NCBI RefSeq assembly: GCF_009914755.1
Contig: NC_060944.1
Origin: the human T2T-CHM13v2.0 reference genome, Homo sapiens
Length of the DNA stretch: 64,000 bases
Reading direction: 5' to 3' (one strand)
Below are positions 28,601 to 41,800 of this stretch, in pieces. A program made the position numbers and the translations under genes. The first letter of the stretch is position 1; the number at the start of each line of letters is the position of its first letter. The notes under the pieces are model-generated. The model was not told the origin of the DNA. It saw only the letters and a list, made by a program, of their open reading frames with translations, and did no database searches.

Positions 28601-31600
28601 ATGTGTGCATTCGTCTGACAGAGTTGATCCTTTCTTTTGTTGACCAGTTTTGAAATACTCATTTTGTAGATTCTGCAAGTGGATATTTGGAGCGCTTTGA
28701 TGCCTATTGTAGAAATGGAAATATCTTCAAGTAAAAACTACAGAGAAGCATTCTGAGGATCTACTTTGCAATGTATGCATTCATCTCAAAGAGTTGAACC
28801 TACGTTATCATTGAGCAGTTTTGAAACACCCTTTTAGTAGAATCTGCAAGTGGATATTTGGCCACTTTGTGGCCTATTGTAGGAAAGGAAATATCTTCAC
28901 ATAAAAACTACACAGAAGCATTCGAGATACTTCTTTGTGATGTGTGATTTCAACTCACAGTTTTGTAACTATCTTTTTATTGAACAGTTTCGAGTCCTCT
29001 TTTTGTAGAATCTGCAAATGGTTATTAGGAGACCTTTGCAGCCTGTGGCGGAAAAGGAAATATCATAAAACAAAAACTACACAGAATGGATATTTGGAGC
29101 GCTTTGAGACCTATTGTGAAAAAGGAAATATCTTCACATAAAAACTACACAGAAGCATTTTGAGAAACTTATTTGTGATGTGTGCATTCATCTGACAGAA
29201 ATGAAGCTTCCTTTTGTCTGAGCAGTTTTGAAACACTCTTTTTGCAGAATCTGCAAGTGGATATTTGGAGCGCTTTGAGGCCTATTGTGGGAAACGAAAA
29301 GTCCTCACATAAAAACTACACATAAGCATTCTGAGAAACTTCTTTGCAATGTGTGCATTCATCTGACAGAGTTGAAACTTTCTTTTGATTGAGCAGTTTG
29401 GAAACACCCTTTTTGAAGATTCTGCAGGGGGATATTTGGAGGCCTTTGAGGCTTATTTTGGAAAAGAAAATATCTTCACATAAAAACTACAGAGAAGCAT
29501 TCTGAGAATCTTCTTCGTGATGAGTGAATTCATCTCATAGAGTTGAACCTTTCTTTTGATTTATCAGTTTGGAAACACTCTTTTTGTAGAATCTGCAGGT
29601 GGATGCTTGGAGCACTTTGTGGTGAATGGTAGGAAAAGAAATATCTTTACATAAAAACTACACAGAAGCATTCTGAGATACCTCTTTGAGATGTGTGCAT
29701 TCAACTCACAGGGTTGAGCCTACCTTTTTATAGAGTAGTTTTGAAATTCTATCTTTGTAGATTCTCTAAGTGGATATTTGGTGTGGTTTGTGGCCAAGTG
29801 TGGAAAAGGAAACATCTTCACATAAAAACTACATAAAATAATTCTGAGAAAGTTTTTTCTGATGTGTACATTCATCTCACAAAGCTGAACCTTTCTTTTG
29901 ATTGAGCAATTTTGAAACACTCGTTTTGTTGAATCTGTAAGTGGATGTCTAGAGCACTTTGAGGCCTATTGTGGAAAAGGAAATATCTTCACATAAAGAC
30001 TACACAGAAGCATTGTGAGAAACTACTTTGTGATGTGTGAATTCATCTCACAGAGTTGAACTTTTCTTTTTACTGAGCAGTTTGGAAACACCCTTTTTGT
30101 AGAATCTGCAAGGGGATATTCGGAGCCCTTTGAGGCCTATTTCGGAAAATGAAATATCTTCACATAAAAACTACACAGCAGCATTCTGAGATACTTCTTC
30201 ATGATGTGTGAATTCATCTCATAGAGTTGAACTTTTCTTTTGATTGATCAGTTTGGAAACACTCTTTTTGTAGAATCTGCGGGTGGATGTTTGGAGCGCT
30301 TTGTGGCAAATGGTGGAAAAGGAAATATCTTTACATAAAAAATACACAGAAGCATTCTGAGACACCCCTTTGAGATATGTGCATTCAACTCACAGGGTTG
30401 AGACTATCTTTTTTATAGAGCAGTATTGAAACTCTACCTTTGTAGATTCTGTAAGTGGATATTTGGTGCGGTTTGTGGCCAAGTGTGGAAAAGGAAATAT
30501 CTTCACATAAAAACTACAAAAATAATTCTGAGAAGCTTTTTTGTGATGTGTACATTCATCTCACAAAGCTGAACCTTTCTTTTGATTGAGCAGTTTTGAA
30601 ACACTCGTTTTGTAGAATCTGCAAGTGGATGTTTTGAGTGTTTTGAGGCCTATTGTGGAAAAGGAAATATCTTCACATAAAAACTACACAGAAGCATTGT
30701 GAGAAACTACTTTGTGATGTGTGCATTCATCTCACAGAGTTGAACCTTTTTTTATTGAGCAGTTTGGAAACACCCTTTTTAGTAGAATCTGCAAGGGGAT
30801 ATTCAGAGCCCTTTGAGGCCTATTTTGGAAAATGAAATATCTTCACATAAAAACTACACAGCAGCATTCTGAGAAACTTCTTCATGATGTGTGAATTCAT
30901 CTCATAGAGTTGAACCTTTCTTTTGATTGATCAGTTTGGAAACACTCTTTTTGTAGAATCTGCAGGTGGATGTTTGGAGCACTTTGTGGCAAATGGTGGA
31001 AAAGGAAATATCTTTACATAAAAAATACACAGAAACATTCTGAGACACCTCTTTGAGATATGTGCATTCAACTCACAGGGTTGAGACTATCTTTTTATAG
31101 AGCAGTATTGAAACTCTATCTTTGCAGATTCTGTAAGTGGATATTTGATGTGGTTTGCAGCCAAGTGTGGAAAAGGAAATATCTTCACATAAAAACTACA
31201 CAAAATAATTCTGAGAAACTTTTTTGTGATGTGTGCATTCATCTCACAAAGCTGAACCTTTCTTTTGATTGAGCAGCTTTGAAACATTCGTTTTGTAGAA
31301 TCTGCAAGTGGATGTTTCGAGAGCTTTGAGGCCTACTGTGGAAAAGGAAATATCTTCACATAAAAACTACACAGAAGCATTCTGAGAAACCATTTGCGAT
31401 GCGCACATTCCCTCATGGAGTTGAACCTCTCTTTTGATTGAGCAGTTTTGAAACACCCTTTTTGCAGAATCTGCAAGTGGATATTTGGAGTGCTTTGAAG
31501 CCTATTGTGGAAAACGAGAAATCTTCATATAAAAACTACATATAAGCATTCTGAGAAACTTCTTTGTGATGTGTGCATTCATCTCACAGAGTTGAACCTT

Positions 31601-34600
31601 TCTTTTGATTGAGCAGTTTGGAAACACCCTTTTTGTTGAATCTGTAAGGGGATATTTTGAGCCCTTTGAAGCCTATAGTGGAAAAGGAAATATCTTCACA
31701 TAAAAACCACACAGAAGCATTGTGAGAAACATTTTGTGACGTGTTTATTCAACTCACAGAGTTGAACCTATGTTTTGATTGAGCTGTTTTGAAACATTCT
31801 TTTTGTACAATCTGCAAGTGAATACTTTGAATGCTTTGAGGCCTGTTGTTGAGAAGGAAATACCTTCACATAAAAACTACACAGAATCATTCTGAGAAAC
31901 TTCTTTGTGATGTGTGCGTTCATCTCAGAGAGTTGATCCTTTCTTTTGATTGACCAGTTTGGACAAACTCTTTTGTAGAATCTGCAAGTGGATATTTGGA
32001 ATGCTTTGAGGCCTATGGTGGAAAAGGAAATATCTTCACATAAAAACTACATGTAAGCATTCTGAGAAACTTCTTTGTTATGTGGTCATTCATCTCACAG
32101 AACTGAATATTTCTTTTGATTGAGTACTTTTGAAACACACTTTTTGTAGAATTTGCAAGTGGATATTTGCAGCACTTTGAGGACTATTGTGAAAAAGGAA
32201 ATTTCTTCACATGAAAACTACACAGAAGCATTCTGAGGAATGTCTTTTGACATGTGCATTCATCTCACAGAGCACTTTGAGGTCTATTGTGGAAAAGGAA
32301 ATATCTTCACATAAAAACTACACAGAAGCATTCTGAGAAACTTCTTTGTGATTTGTGCATTCATCTCACAGAGTTGTAAGTTTCTTTTTATTGAGCAGTT
32401 TGGAAACACTCTTTTAGTAGAATCTACAATTGGATATTTGGAGTGCTTTGTGGCCTATTGTGGAAATGGAAATACCTTCACATAAAAACTATACAGAAGC
32501 GTTCTGAGCAACTTCTTTCTGATGTGTGCATTCAACTCACTGAGTTGAACTTATCTTTTGATTCAACAGTTGTGAAACTGTCTTTTGTAGTATCTGCAAT
32601 TGGATATTTGGAGCCCTTTGTGGTCTATGGTGGAAATGGAAATATCTTCACATAAAAACTACACAGAAGTATCCTGAGAAACTTCTTTGTTATGTGTGCA
32701 CTCATCTCACGGAGTTGAACCTTTCTTTTGATTGAGAAGTTTTGAAACACTCTTTTTGTAGAATGTGCATGTGGATATTTGCAGGGCTTTGAGGACTATT
32801 GTGGAAAAGGAAGTATCTTCACATGAAACTACGCAGAAACATTCTGAGAAGTTTCTTGTGATGTGTGCATTCATCTCACAGAATTGAACACTTCTTTTGA
32901 TTGAACATTTTGGAAACACGCTTTTTGTAGAATCTACAAGTGGATATTTGGAGCTCCTTGAGACCTATTGTGGAAAAGGAAATATCATCACATAAAAACT
33001 ATACAGAATCATTCTGCAAAACTGCTTTGTGATCTGTTTACTCATATCACAGAGTTGAAGTTTTCTTTTGATTGAGCAGACTGGAAACACTCTTTTTGTA
33101 GAATCTACAAGTGGATAGTTGGAGAGCTTTTAGGCCTATTGTGGAAAAGGAAATATCTTCACATAAAAACTATTTGGAACCATTCTGAGAAAATTCTTTG
33201 TGATGTGATGTGTGCATTCACCTCAAAGGGTAGAACCTTTCTTTTCATAGAGCAGATTTGAAACTCTCTCTTTGTAGATTCTGTAAGTGGATATTTGGTG
33301 CAGTTTGTGGCCAAGTGTGGAAAAGGAAATATCTTCACATAAAAACTACACAAAATAATTCTGAGAAACTTTTTGTGACGTGTGCATTCATCTCACAAAA
33401 CTGAAACTTTCTTTTGATTGAGCAGTTTTGAAACACTCGTTTTGTAGAATCTGCAAGTGGATGTTTCAAGCGCTATGAGGCCTATTATGGAAAAGGAAAC
33501 ATCTTCACAAAAAAACTACACAGAAGCATTGTGAGAAACTACTTTGTAATGTGTGCATTCATCTCACAGAGTTGAACCGTTTTTTTATAGAGCAGTTTGA
33601 AAACACTCTTTTTGTAGAATCTCCAAGCGGATATTTTTAGTACTGTGAAGTCTTTGGTGGAAAAGGAAATATCTTCACATAGAAACTACACAGAAGCATT
33701 CTGAGAGACTTGTTTGTGATGTGTGCATTCATCTCACCGAGTTGAATCTATCTTTTGATTGCGCAGTTTTGAATCATTCTTTTTGTGGAATCTGCAAGTG
33801 GATATTTGGAGCACATTTAGGCTTATGGTGGAAAAGGAAACGTCCTCACATAAAAACTACACAGAAGCATTCTGAGAAACATCTTTGTGATGTGTGCATT
33901 CATCTCACAGAGTTGAACCTTTCTTTTGATTGAGCAGTTTCAAAACACTCTTTTGTAGAATTTGGACTTGTATATTTGGAGTGCTTTGTGGCCTATTGTG
34001 GAAAAGGAAATATCTTCACATAAAAACTACACAGAAGCATTCTGAGAAACTTCTTTGTGATGTGTGCATTCAACTCACAGAGTTGAACCTACCTTTTGAA
34101 TGAGCAGTTTTGAAACTCTCTTTTCGTGGAATCTGCAAGCGGATATTTGGAGCCCTTTGTGGCCTATGGTGAAAAAGGAAATATCTTCTCATGAAAACTA
34201 CACAGAACCATTCTGAGAAACTTCCTTGTGATGTGCAAATTGATCTCACAGAGATGAACCTTTCTTTTGACTGTGCAGTTTTGGAACACTGTTTTTGTAG
34301 AATCTGCAAGTGGATATTTGGAACGCTTTGAGGCCTATTGTGGAAAAGAAAATATCTTCACATAAAAATTACATAGAAGCATTCTGAGAAACTTCTTTGT
34401 GATGTGTACATTCATCCCATAGAGTTGAATCTTTCTTTTAATTCAGCAGTTTTGAAAGACTGTTTTTGTAGAATCTGCAAGGGCATATTTGGAGTGCTTT
34501 GAGGCCTATCATGAAAATGGAAATATGTTCACATAAAAACTACACAGAAGCATTCAGAGAAACTTCTTTGTGATATGTGCATTCAACTCCTAGATATGAA

Positions 34601-36744
34601 CATATCTTATGATAGAGCAGTTTTGAAACTCTCTTTTTGTAGAATCTGCAAGTGGATACTTGGAGCGCTTTGAGGCCTATGGTTGAATAGGAAATGTATT
34701 CACATAAAAACTACACAGAAGCATTCTGAGAAACCACTTTGCGATGTGTACATTCATCTCACAGAGATGAACCTTTCATTTGATTGAGCACTTATGAAAC
34801 GCTCTTTTTGTGGAATCTGCAAGTGGATATTTGTAGTGCTTTGAAGCCTATTGAGGGAAAGGAAATGTCTTCACATAAAAAGTATACAGAAGTATTCTGA
34901 GAAACTTCTTTGTGATGTGTGCATTCATCCCATGGAGTTGAATCTTTCTTTTAATTCAGCAGTTTTGAAACACTGTTTTTGTAGAATCTGCAAGTGCTTA
35001 TTTGGAGTGTTTTGAGGCCTATTGTGAAAAAGGAAATATCTTCACATAAAAACTACATAGAAGCATTTGGAGAAACTTCTTTGTGATATGTGCATTCAAC
35101 TCCCAGATATGAACATATCTTATGATAGAGCAGTTTGAAAATGTCTTTCTGTAGAATCTGCAGGTGGATACTTGGAGCGCTTTGAGGCCTGTGGTTGAAA
35201 AGGAAATGCCTTCACATAAAAACTACACAGAAGCATTCTGAGAAACCACTTTGTGATGTGTGCATTCAGCTCACAGAGTTGTACCTTTCATTTGATTGAG
35301 CACTTATGAAACCCTCTTTTTGTGGAATCTGGAAGTGGATATTGGTAGTGCCTTGAGGACAATTAAGGGAAAGGAAATGTCTTCACATAAAAACTATACA
35401 GATGCATTCTGAGAAACTTATTTGTGATGTGTGCATTCGTCTCACAGAGATGAATCTTTCTTTTGATTGAACAGTTTTGAAACACTCTTTTTATGGAATC
35501 TGCAACTGGATATTTCAAGTGCTTTGAGGCCTATTGTGGAAAAGGAAATATCTTCACATAAAAATTACACAGAAGCATTCTGCAAAACTTCTTTGTGATG
35601 TGTGCATTCGTCTCACAGTGTTGAAACTCTCTTTTGATTGAGTAGTTTTGAAACACTCTGTTTCTAGAATCTGCAACTGTATATTTGGAGTGCTTTGAGG
35701 CCTATGGTGGAAAAGGAAATATCTTCAAATAAAAACTAGACAGAAGCATTCTAAGAAACTTCTTTGTGATGTGTGTATTCATCTCACGGAGTTGAACCTT
35801 ACTTATGATTGAGCATTTTTGAAAAACTCTGTAGAATCTGCAAGTGGATATTTGGAGTGCTTTGAGGCCTATGGTGGAAAAGGAAATATCTTCACATAAA
35901 AACTAGACAGAAGCATTCTGAGAAACTTATTTGTGATGTGTGCACTCATCTCACAGAGTTGAACCTTTCTTTTGATTGAGCAGTTTTGAAAACACTTTTT
36001 GAAGAATCTGCAAGTCAATATTTGGAGCGTTTTGCATCCTATACTTGAAAAGGTAATATCTTCACATAGAAACTAGACAGAACCATTCTGAGAAACTTCT
36101 GTGTGATATGTGCATTCATCTCAAAGGGTTGAACTTTCTTTTGATTGAGCAGTTTGGAACGCGCCTCGCTTTGTAGAATCTGCGAAGGGGTATTTTTGAT
36201 CCCATTGAGGCTTATGGGGTAATAGGAAATATTTTCACATAAAAACTAAACAGAAAATTTCTGAGAAAATACTTTGTGATATGTGCTTTCATCTCACAGA
36301 GTTGAAAGTTTCTTTTGATTGGGCAGTTTGGAATCATCCTTGTTGTAGAATCTTCAAGTGGATATTTGGAGCACTTTTAGACCTATGGTGAAAAAGGAAA
36401 TATCTTCACATAAAAAAATATACAGAAGCATTCTGAAAAACTTCTTTGTCATGTGTGCATTCATTTCATGGACTTGAACCTTTGTATTGATTGAGCAGTT
36501 TGGAAACAGTCGTTTTGTAGAATCTGTAGAGAGATATTTGTCATCCCACTGAGGCCTCTGGGGAAATAGGAAATATCTTCAGATAAGAACTAGACAGAAG
36601 CATTCTGAGAAACTTCCTTCTGATATGTGCATTCATCTCACAGAGTTGAACGTTCCTTTTGATTGAGCAGTTTGGAAACTGTCTTTCTGTAGTATATGCA
36701 AATGGATATTTGGAGCTCTTTGAGGCATACGTTTAAAAAGGAAA

Positions 36745-37621
36745 AAAAAAACCTTCAAAAAGCTGGCGAAGGACATGAACATACACTTCTCAAAAGAAGA
36801 CGTTCATGGAGCCAAAAAAACACATGAAAAAATACTCACCATCACTGGCCATCAGAGAAATGCAAATCAAAACCACAATGAGATACCATCACACACCAGT
36901 TAAAATGGCAATCATTAAAAAGTCAGGAAACAACAGGTGCTAAAGAGGATGTGGAGAATTAGGAACACTTTTACACTGTGGGTGGCACTGTGAACTAGTA
37001 CAACCATTGTGGAAGTCAGTGTGGTGATTCCTCAGGGATCTAGAACTAGAAATACCATTTGACCTAGCCATCCGATTGCTGGGTATATACCCAAAGGACT
37101 ATAAATCATGCTGCTATAAGACACATGCACATGTATGTTTATTGCAGCTCTATTCACAATAGCAAAGATTTGGAACCAACCCAAATGTCCAAGAATGACA
37201 GACTTCATTAAGAAAATATGGTACATATACACCATGAAATACTATGCAGCCATAAAAAATGATGAGTTCATGTCCTTTTTAGGGACATGGATGAAATTGG
37301 AAATCATCATTCTCAGTAAACTATCGCAAGAACAAAAAACCAAACACTGCATATTCTCACTCATAGGTGGGAATTGAACAATGAGAACACATTGACACAG
37401 GAAGGGGAACGTCACACTCTGGGGACTGTTGTGGGGTGGGGTGAGGGGGGAGGGATAGCATTAGGAGATATTCCTAATGCTAAATGACGAGTTAATGGGT
37501 GCAGCACACCAGCATGGCACATGTATACATATGTAACTAACCTGCACATTGTGCACATGTACCCTAAAACTTAAAGTATAATAATAATAATAAAATAAAA
37601 TAAATAAATAAATAAATAAAT
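36745..37621 (+). mobile_element. 5'-truncated LINE-1 (L1PA3-like), ~0.88 kb
   Basis: Degenerate ORF2 3' end with stop at 37375-37377. The 3'UTR has CTCTGGGGACTGTTGT, TTAGGAGATA, GCTAAATGACGAGTTAATGGG and ACTAACCTGCACATTGTG, recalled as L1PA3 diagnostics. (TAA)/(TAAA) tail; TSD about AAAAGGAAA at 36736-36744 and 37622-37630. Confidence 0.93.
37135..37377 (+). pseudogene. L1 ORF2p extreme C-terminal fragment (disrupted upstream)
   Basis: MFIAALFTIAKIWNQPKCP...[27 protein letters not shown]. Confidence 0.92.
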
Positions 37622-38789
37622 AAAAGGAAATATATTCACATAAAAACTTGACAGAAGCATTCAGAGGAACTTCTTTGTGATGTGTGCATGCATTTCACAG
37701 AGTTGAAACTTTCTTTTGATTGAGCAGTTTTGAAACACTTTTCTCAGAATCTGCAACTGGATATTTGGAGCACATTGAGGCCTATGGTGGAAAAGGAAAT
37801 ATCTTCACATAAAAATAAGACACAAGCATTCGGAGAAACTTCTTTGTGATGGGTGCATTCAACTTCCTGTGTTGAACCTTTCTTTTGATTGAGCAGTTTT
37901 AACACACTCTTTTTGTAGTATAGGAAAGTGGATATTTGTAGCTTTCTGAGGCCTATAGAGGAAAAGAAAATATCTTCACATAAAACCTAGAAAGAAGCAC
38001 TCTGAGAAACTTCTCTGTGATTTTTGCATTCAACCCACTGAGTTGAACCTTTCTTTTTTGAGAAGTATTTAATCACTCTTTTTATAGAATCTGAAAGGGG
38101 ATATTTGGAGCGCTTTGAGGCCTTTGATGAAAAAGGTAAAATCTTCACATAAAAATCAGACACAAGCATTCTGAGTAACTTCTTTGTGATTTGTGCATTC
38201 AACTCCCTGTGTTGAACCCTTCTTTTGATAGAGCAGTTTTAACACACTCTTTTTGTAGAATCTGCAAGTGGATATTTGGAGCACTTTGATGACTATGGTG
38301 GAAAAGGAAATATCTTCACATAAAAGCTAGACAGAAGCATTCTGAGAATGTTCATTGTGATGTATGCATTCATCTTACAGAGTTGAACCTTTCTTTTTTG
38401 AGAAGTATTTAAACACTCTTTTTGTAGAATCTGCAAGTGGATATTTGGAGCGCTTTGAGGCATTTGGTGGAAAAGGAAGTATCTTCACATAAAAACTAGA
38501 CAGAAGCATTCTGAGAAACCTCTTTGTGATGTGTACATTCATCTCACAGAGTTGAGCCTTTCTTTTGATGGAGCAGTTTGGAAACACTCTTTTTGTAGGA
38601 TCTGCAAGTGGATATTTGGAGCGATTTGAGGCCTATGGTGGAAAAGGAATTATCTTCACATAAAAACTAGACAGAAGCATTCTCAGAAACTTCTTTGTGA
38701 TGTTTGCATTCAACTCACAGAGTTGAACAGCAGTTTTGAAACACTCTTTTCATAGAATCTGCAAGTGGATATTTGGACTGCTTTGTGGT

Positions 38790-38806
38790 CTTCGTTGGAA
38801 ACGGGA
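38790..38806 (+). promoter_or_regulatory. Canonical 17-bp CENP-B box in a B-type alphoid monomer
   Basis: Exact CTTCGTTGGAAACGGGA at the position where other monomers carry the pJ-alpha sequence. Confidence 0.95.
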
Positions 38807-41800
38807 ATATCTTCACATTAAAACTAGACAGAAGCATTCTCAGAAACTTCTTTGTAATGTGTGTATTCAACTCACAGAGTTGAACCTTTCTTTTGACATT
38901 GCAGTTTTGAAACACTCTTTTTGTAGAATCTGCAAGTGGACATTTGGAGATCTTTGAGGCCTATGGTGGAAAAAGAAATATCATCACATAAAAACTAGAC
39001 AGCAGCATTCTGAGAAATTTCTTTGTGACGTGTGCATTCATCTCACAGAGTTGAACATTTCTTTTGATTGAGCAGTTTTGAAACACTCTTTTTGTACAAT
39101 CTGCAAGTGGACATTTGGAGTGCTTTGAGACCTATGGTGGAGAAGGAAATATCTTCACATAAAAACGAGACAAAAGAATTCTGAGAAACCTGTTTGTGAT
39201 GGGTGTGTTCATCTCACAGAGTTGAACCTTTCTTTTTATTGAGCAATTTGGAAACACTCTTTTTGTAGTATCTGCAAATGGATATTTGGAGTGCTTTGAA
39301 ACCTGTGGTGGAAAAGGAAGTATCTTCACATAAAAACTAGACAGAAACATTCTGAAAAAATTTCTTTGTGATGTGTGCATTCATCTCACAGAGTTGAACC
39401 TTTCTTTTGATTGAGCATTTTGAAACACTGGTTTTTTAGAATCTGCAACTGGATATTTGGAGTGCTTTGAGGCCTATTGTGGAAAAGGAAATGTCTTCAC
39501 GTAAAAACTAGATGGAAGCATACTGAGAATCTTCGTTGTGATGTGTGCATTCATCTCACAGAGTTGAACCTTTCTTTTGATTGAGCATTTTGGAAACACT
39601 CTTTTTATACTATATGTGGAGTGATATTTGTGAGCTCTTTAATGCATATGGAGAGAAAGGAAATAACTTCAAAGAAAATAAAACCTAGACAGAAGATTTC
39701 TGCGAAAATTCTTTGTGATGTGTGCATTCATCTCACAGAGTTGAACCTTTCTTTTTATTGAGTAGTTTTGAAACACTCTCTTTGTAGTATCTGCAAATGG
39801 ATATTTGAAGCACTTTGAGACCTATGGTAGAAAGGAAACATTGTCACATAAAAACTAGACACAAGCATTCTGAGAAACTTCATCTGATGGGTGCATTCTT
39901 TTCGCAGAGTTGAACCTTTCCTTTGATTGAGCAGTTTGGAAACAGTCGTTTTGCAGAATCTGCAGAGGGATATTTGTGAGCCCATTGAGACTTATGGGGA
40001 GATAGGAAATATCCTCACATAAAAACTTGACAGAAATTTTCTGAGAAACTTCTTTCTGATGTGTGCTTTCATCTCACAGAGTTGAACTTTTCTTTTCATT
40101 GAGCAGTTTTGAAACACTCTTTTTGTACAATCTGCAAGTGGATATTTGGAGTGCTTTCAGGCCTATGGTGGAAAAGGACTTATCTTCCCAGAAAAACTAG
40201 ACATCAGCATTCTAAGGAACTTACTTGTGATCTGTGCATTCATCTCACAGAGTTGAACCTTTCTTTTGATTGATCAGATTGAAACTGTCATTTTGTAGAA
40301 TCTGCAAAGGGATATTTGTGAGCCCATTAAGGCTTCTGGGGAGATAGGAAATATCTTCACATAAAAACTAGAGAGATACTTTCTGAGAAACTATTTTGTC
40401 ATGTGTGACTTCAGCTCACTGGGTTGAAACTTTCTCTTGATTGAGCAATTTGGAAACAGTCTTTTTGTACAATCTGCAAGTGGATATTTGGAGCGCTTTT
40501 GGCCTATGTTGAAAAACAAAATATCTTGCCATAAAAACTAGGCAGAAGTTTTCTGAGAAACTTCTTTGTGATGTGTGCATTCATCTCACAGATTTGAACT
40601 TTTCTTTGATTGAGCAGTGTGGAAACACTCTTTTTGTAGAGTCTGCAAGTGGATATTTGGAGCGCTTTGTGTCCTATAGTGAAAAAGGTAATATCTTCAC
40701 ATAAAAACTAGACAGAAGCATTCTGAGAAACTTCTTTGTGATGGGTGCATTCATTTCAGAGTTGAACATTTCCTGTGATTGAGCGCTTTGGAAACAGTTG
40801 TTTGGTATAATCGGCAGAAGGATATTTGCGAGCTGATCGAGGCCTATGGGGCATTAGGAAATACCTTCACATAAAAACTAGACAGAAAATTTCTGAGAAA
40901 CTTCTTTGTGATATTTGCTTTCATCTCACAGAGTTGAAATTTTCTTTTGATTGAGCAGTTTGGGAACAGTCTTTTTGTAGTATCTGCAAATGGATATTAG
41001 CAGTGCTTTGAGGCCTATGGTGAAAAAGGAAATATCTTCCCTTAAAAAAAAGGCAGAAGCATTCTGAGAAACTTCTTTGTGATGTCTGCATTCATCTCAC
41101 AGAGTAGAACCTTTCTTTTGATTGAGCAGTTTTCAAACACTCTCTTTGAAGTATCTGCAAGTGGATATTTGGGACGCTTTGAGGCCTATAGTGGAAAAGG
41201 AAATATCTTCACATAAAAATCTAGAAAGAAGAATTCTGAGAAACTTCCTAGGAATGTGTGCTTTCATCTCACACTGTTGAACCTTTCTTTTGATTGAGCA
41301 GCTCCGATATAGTCGTTTAGTAAAATCTGAAAGAGAATATTTGAGAGCCCATTGCGGCCTCTAGGGAAATAGGAAGTATCTTCACCTAAAAACTAGACAC
41401 AAACTTTCTGAGAAACTTCCTTGTGATATGTGCATTCGTCACACAGAGTTGAACTTCCTTTTGATTGGGCAGTTTGGAAACAGTCATTTGTATTATCTGT
41501 AAATGGATATTTGGAGTGTATTGAGGCCTGTGGTGAAAAACGAAATTTCTTCACATAAAAATCACATGGAAGCATTCTTAGAAACTACTTTGTGAGGAGT
41601 GCATTCATCTCACAGACTTCAACCTTTCTTTTGATTGAGCAGTTTTGAAACACTCTTTTTGCAGGATCTGCAAGTGTATATTTGAAGCGCTTTGAGGCCT
41701 GTGGTGGAAAAGGAAACATCTTCACATAAAAACTAGACACAAGCATTCTGAGAAACTTCTTTCTCATGGGTGCATTCATTTCACACAGTTGAACCATTCC

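Noticed and set aside
36158-36172. Short CpG-rich patch ACGCGCCTCGC within a monomer
   Set aside because: Too short to assign a source or function; not a CENP-B box
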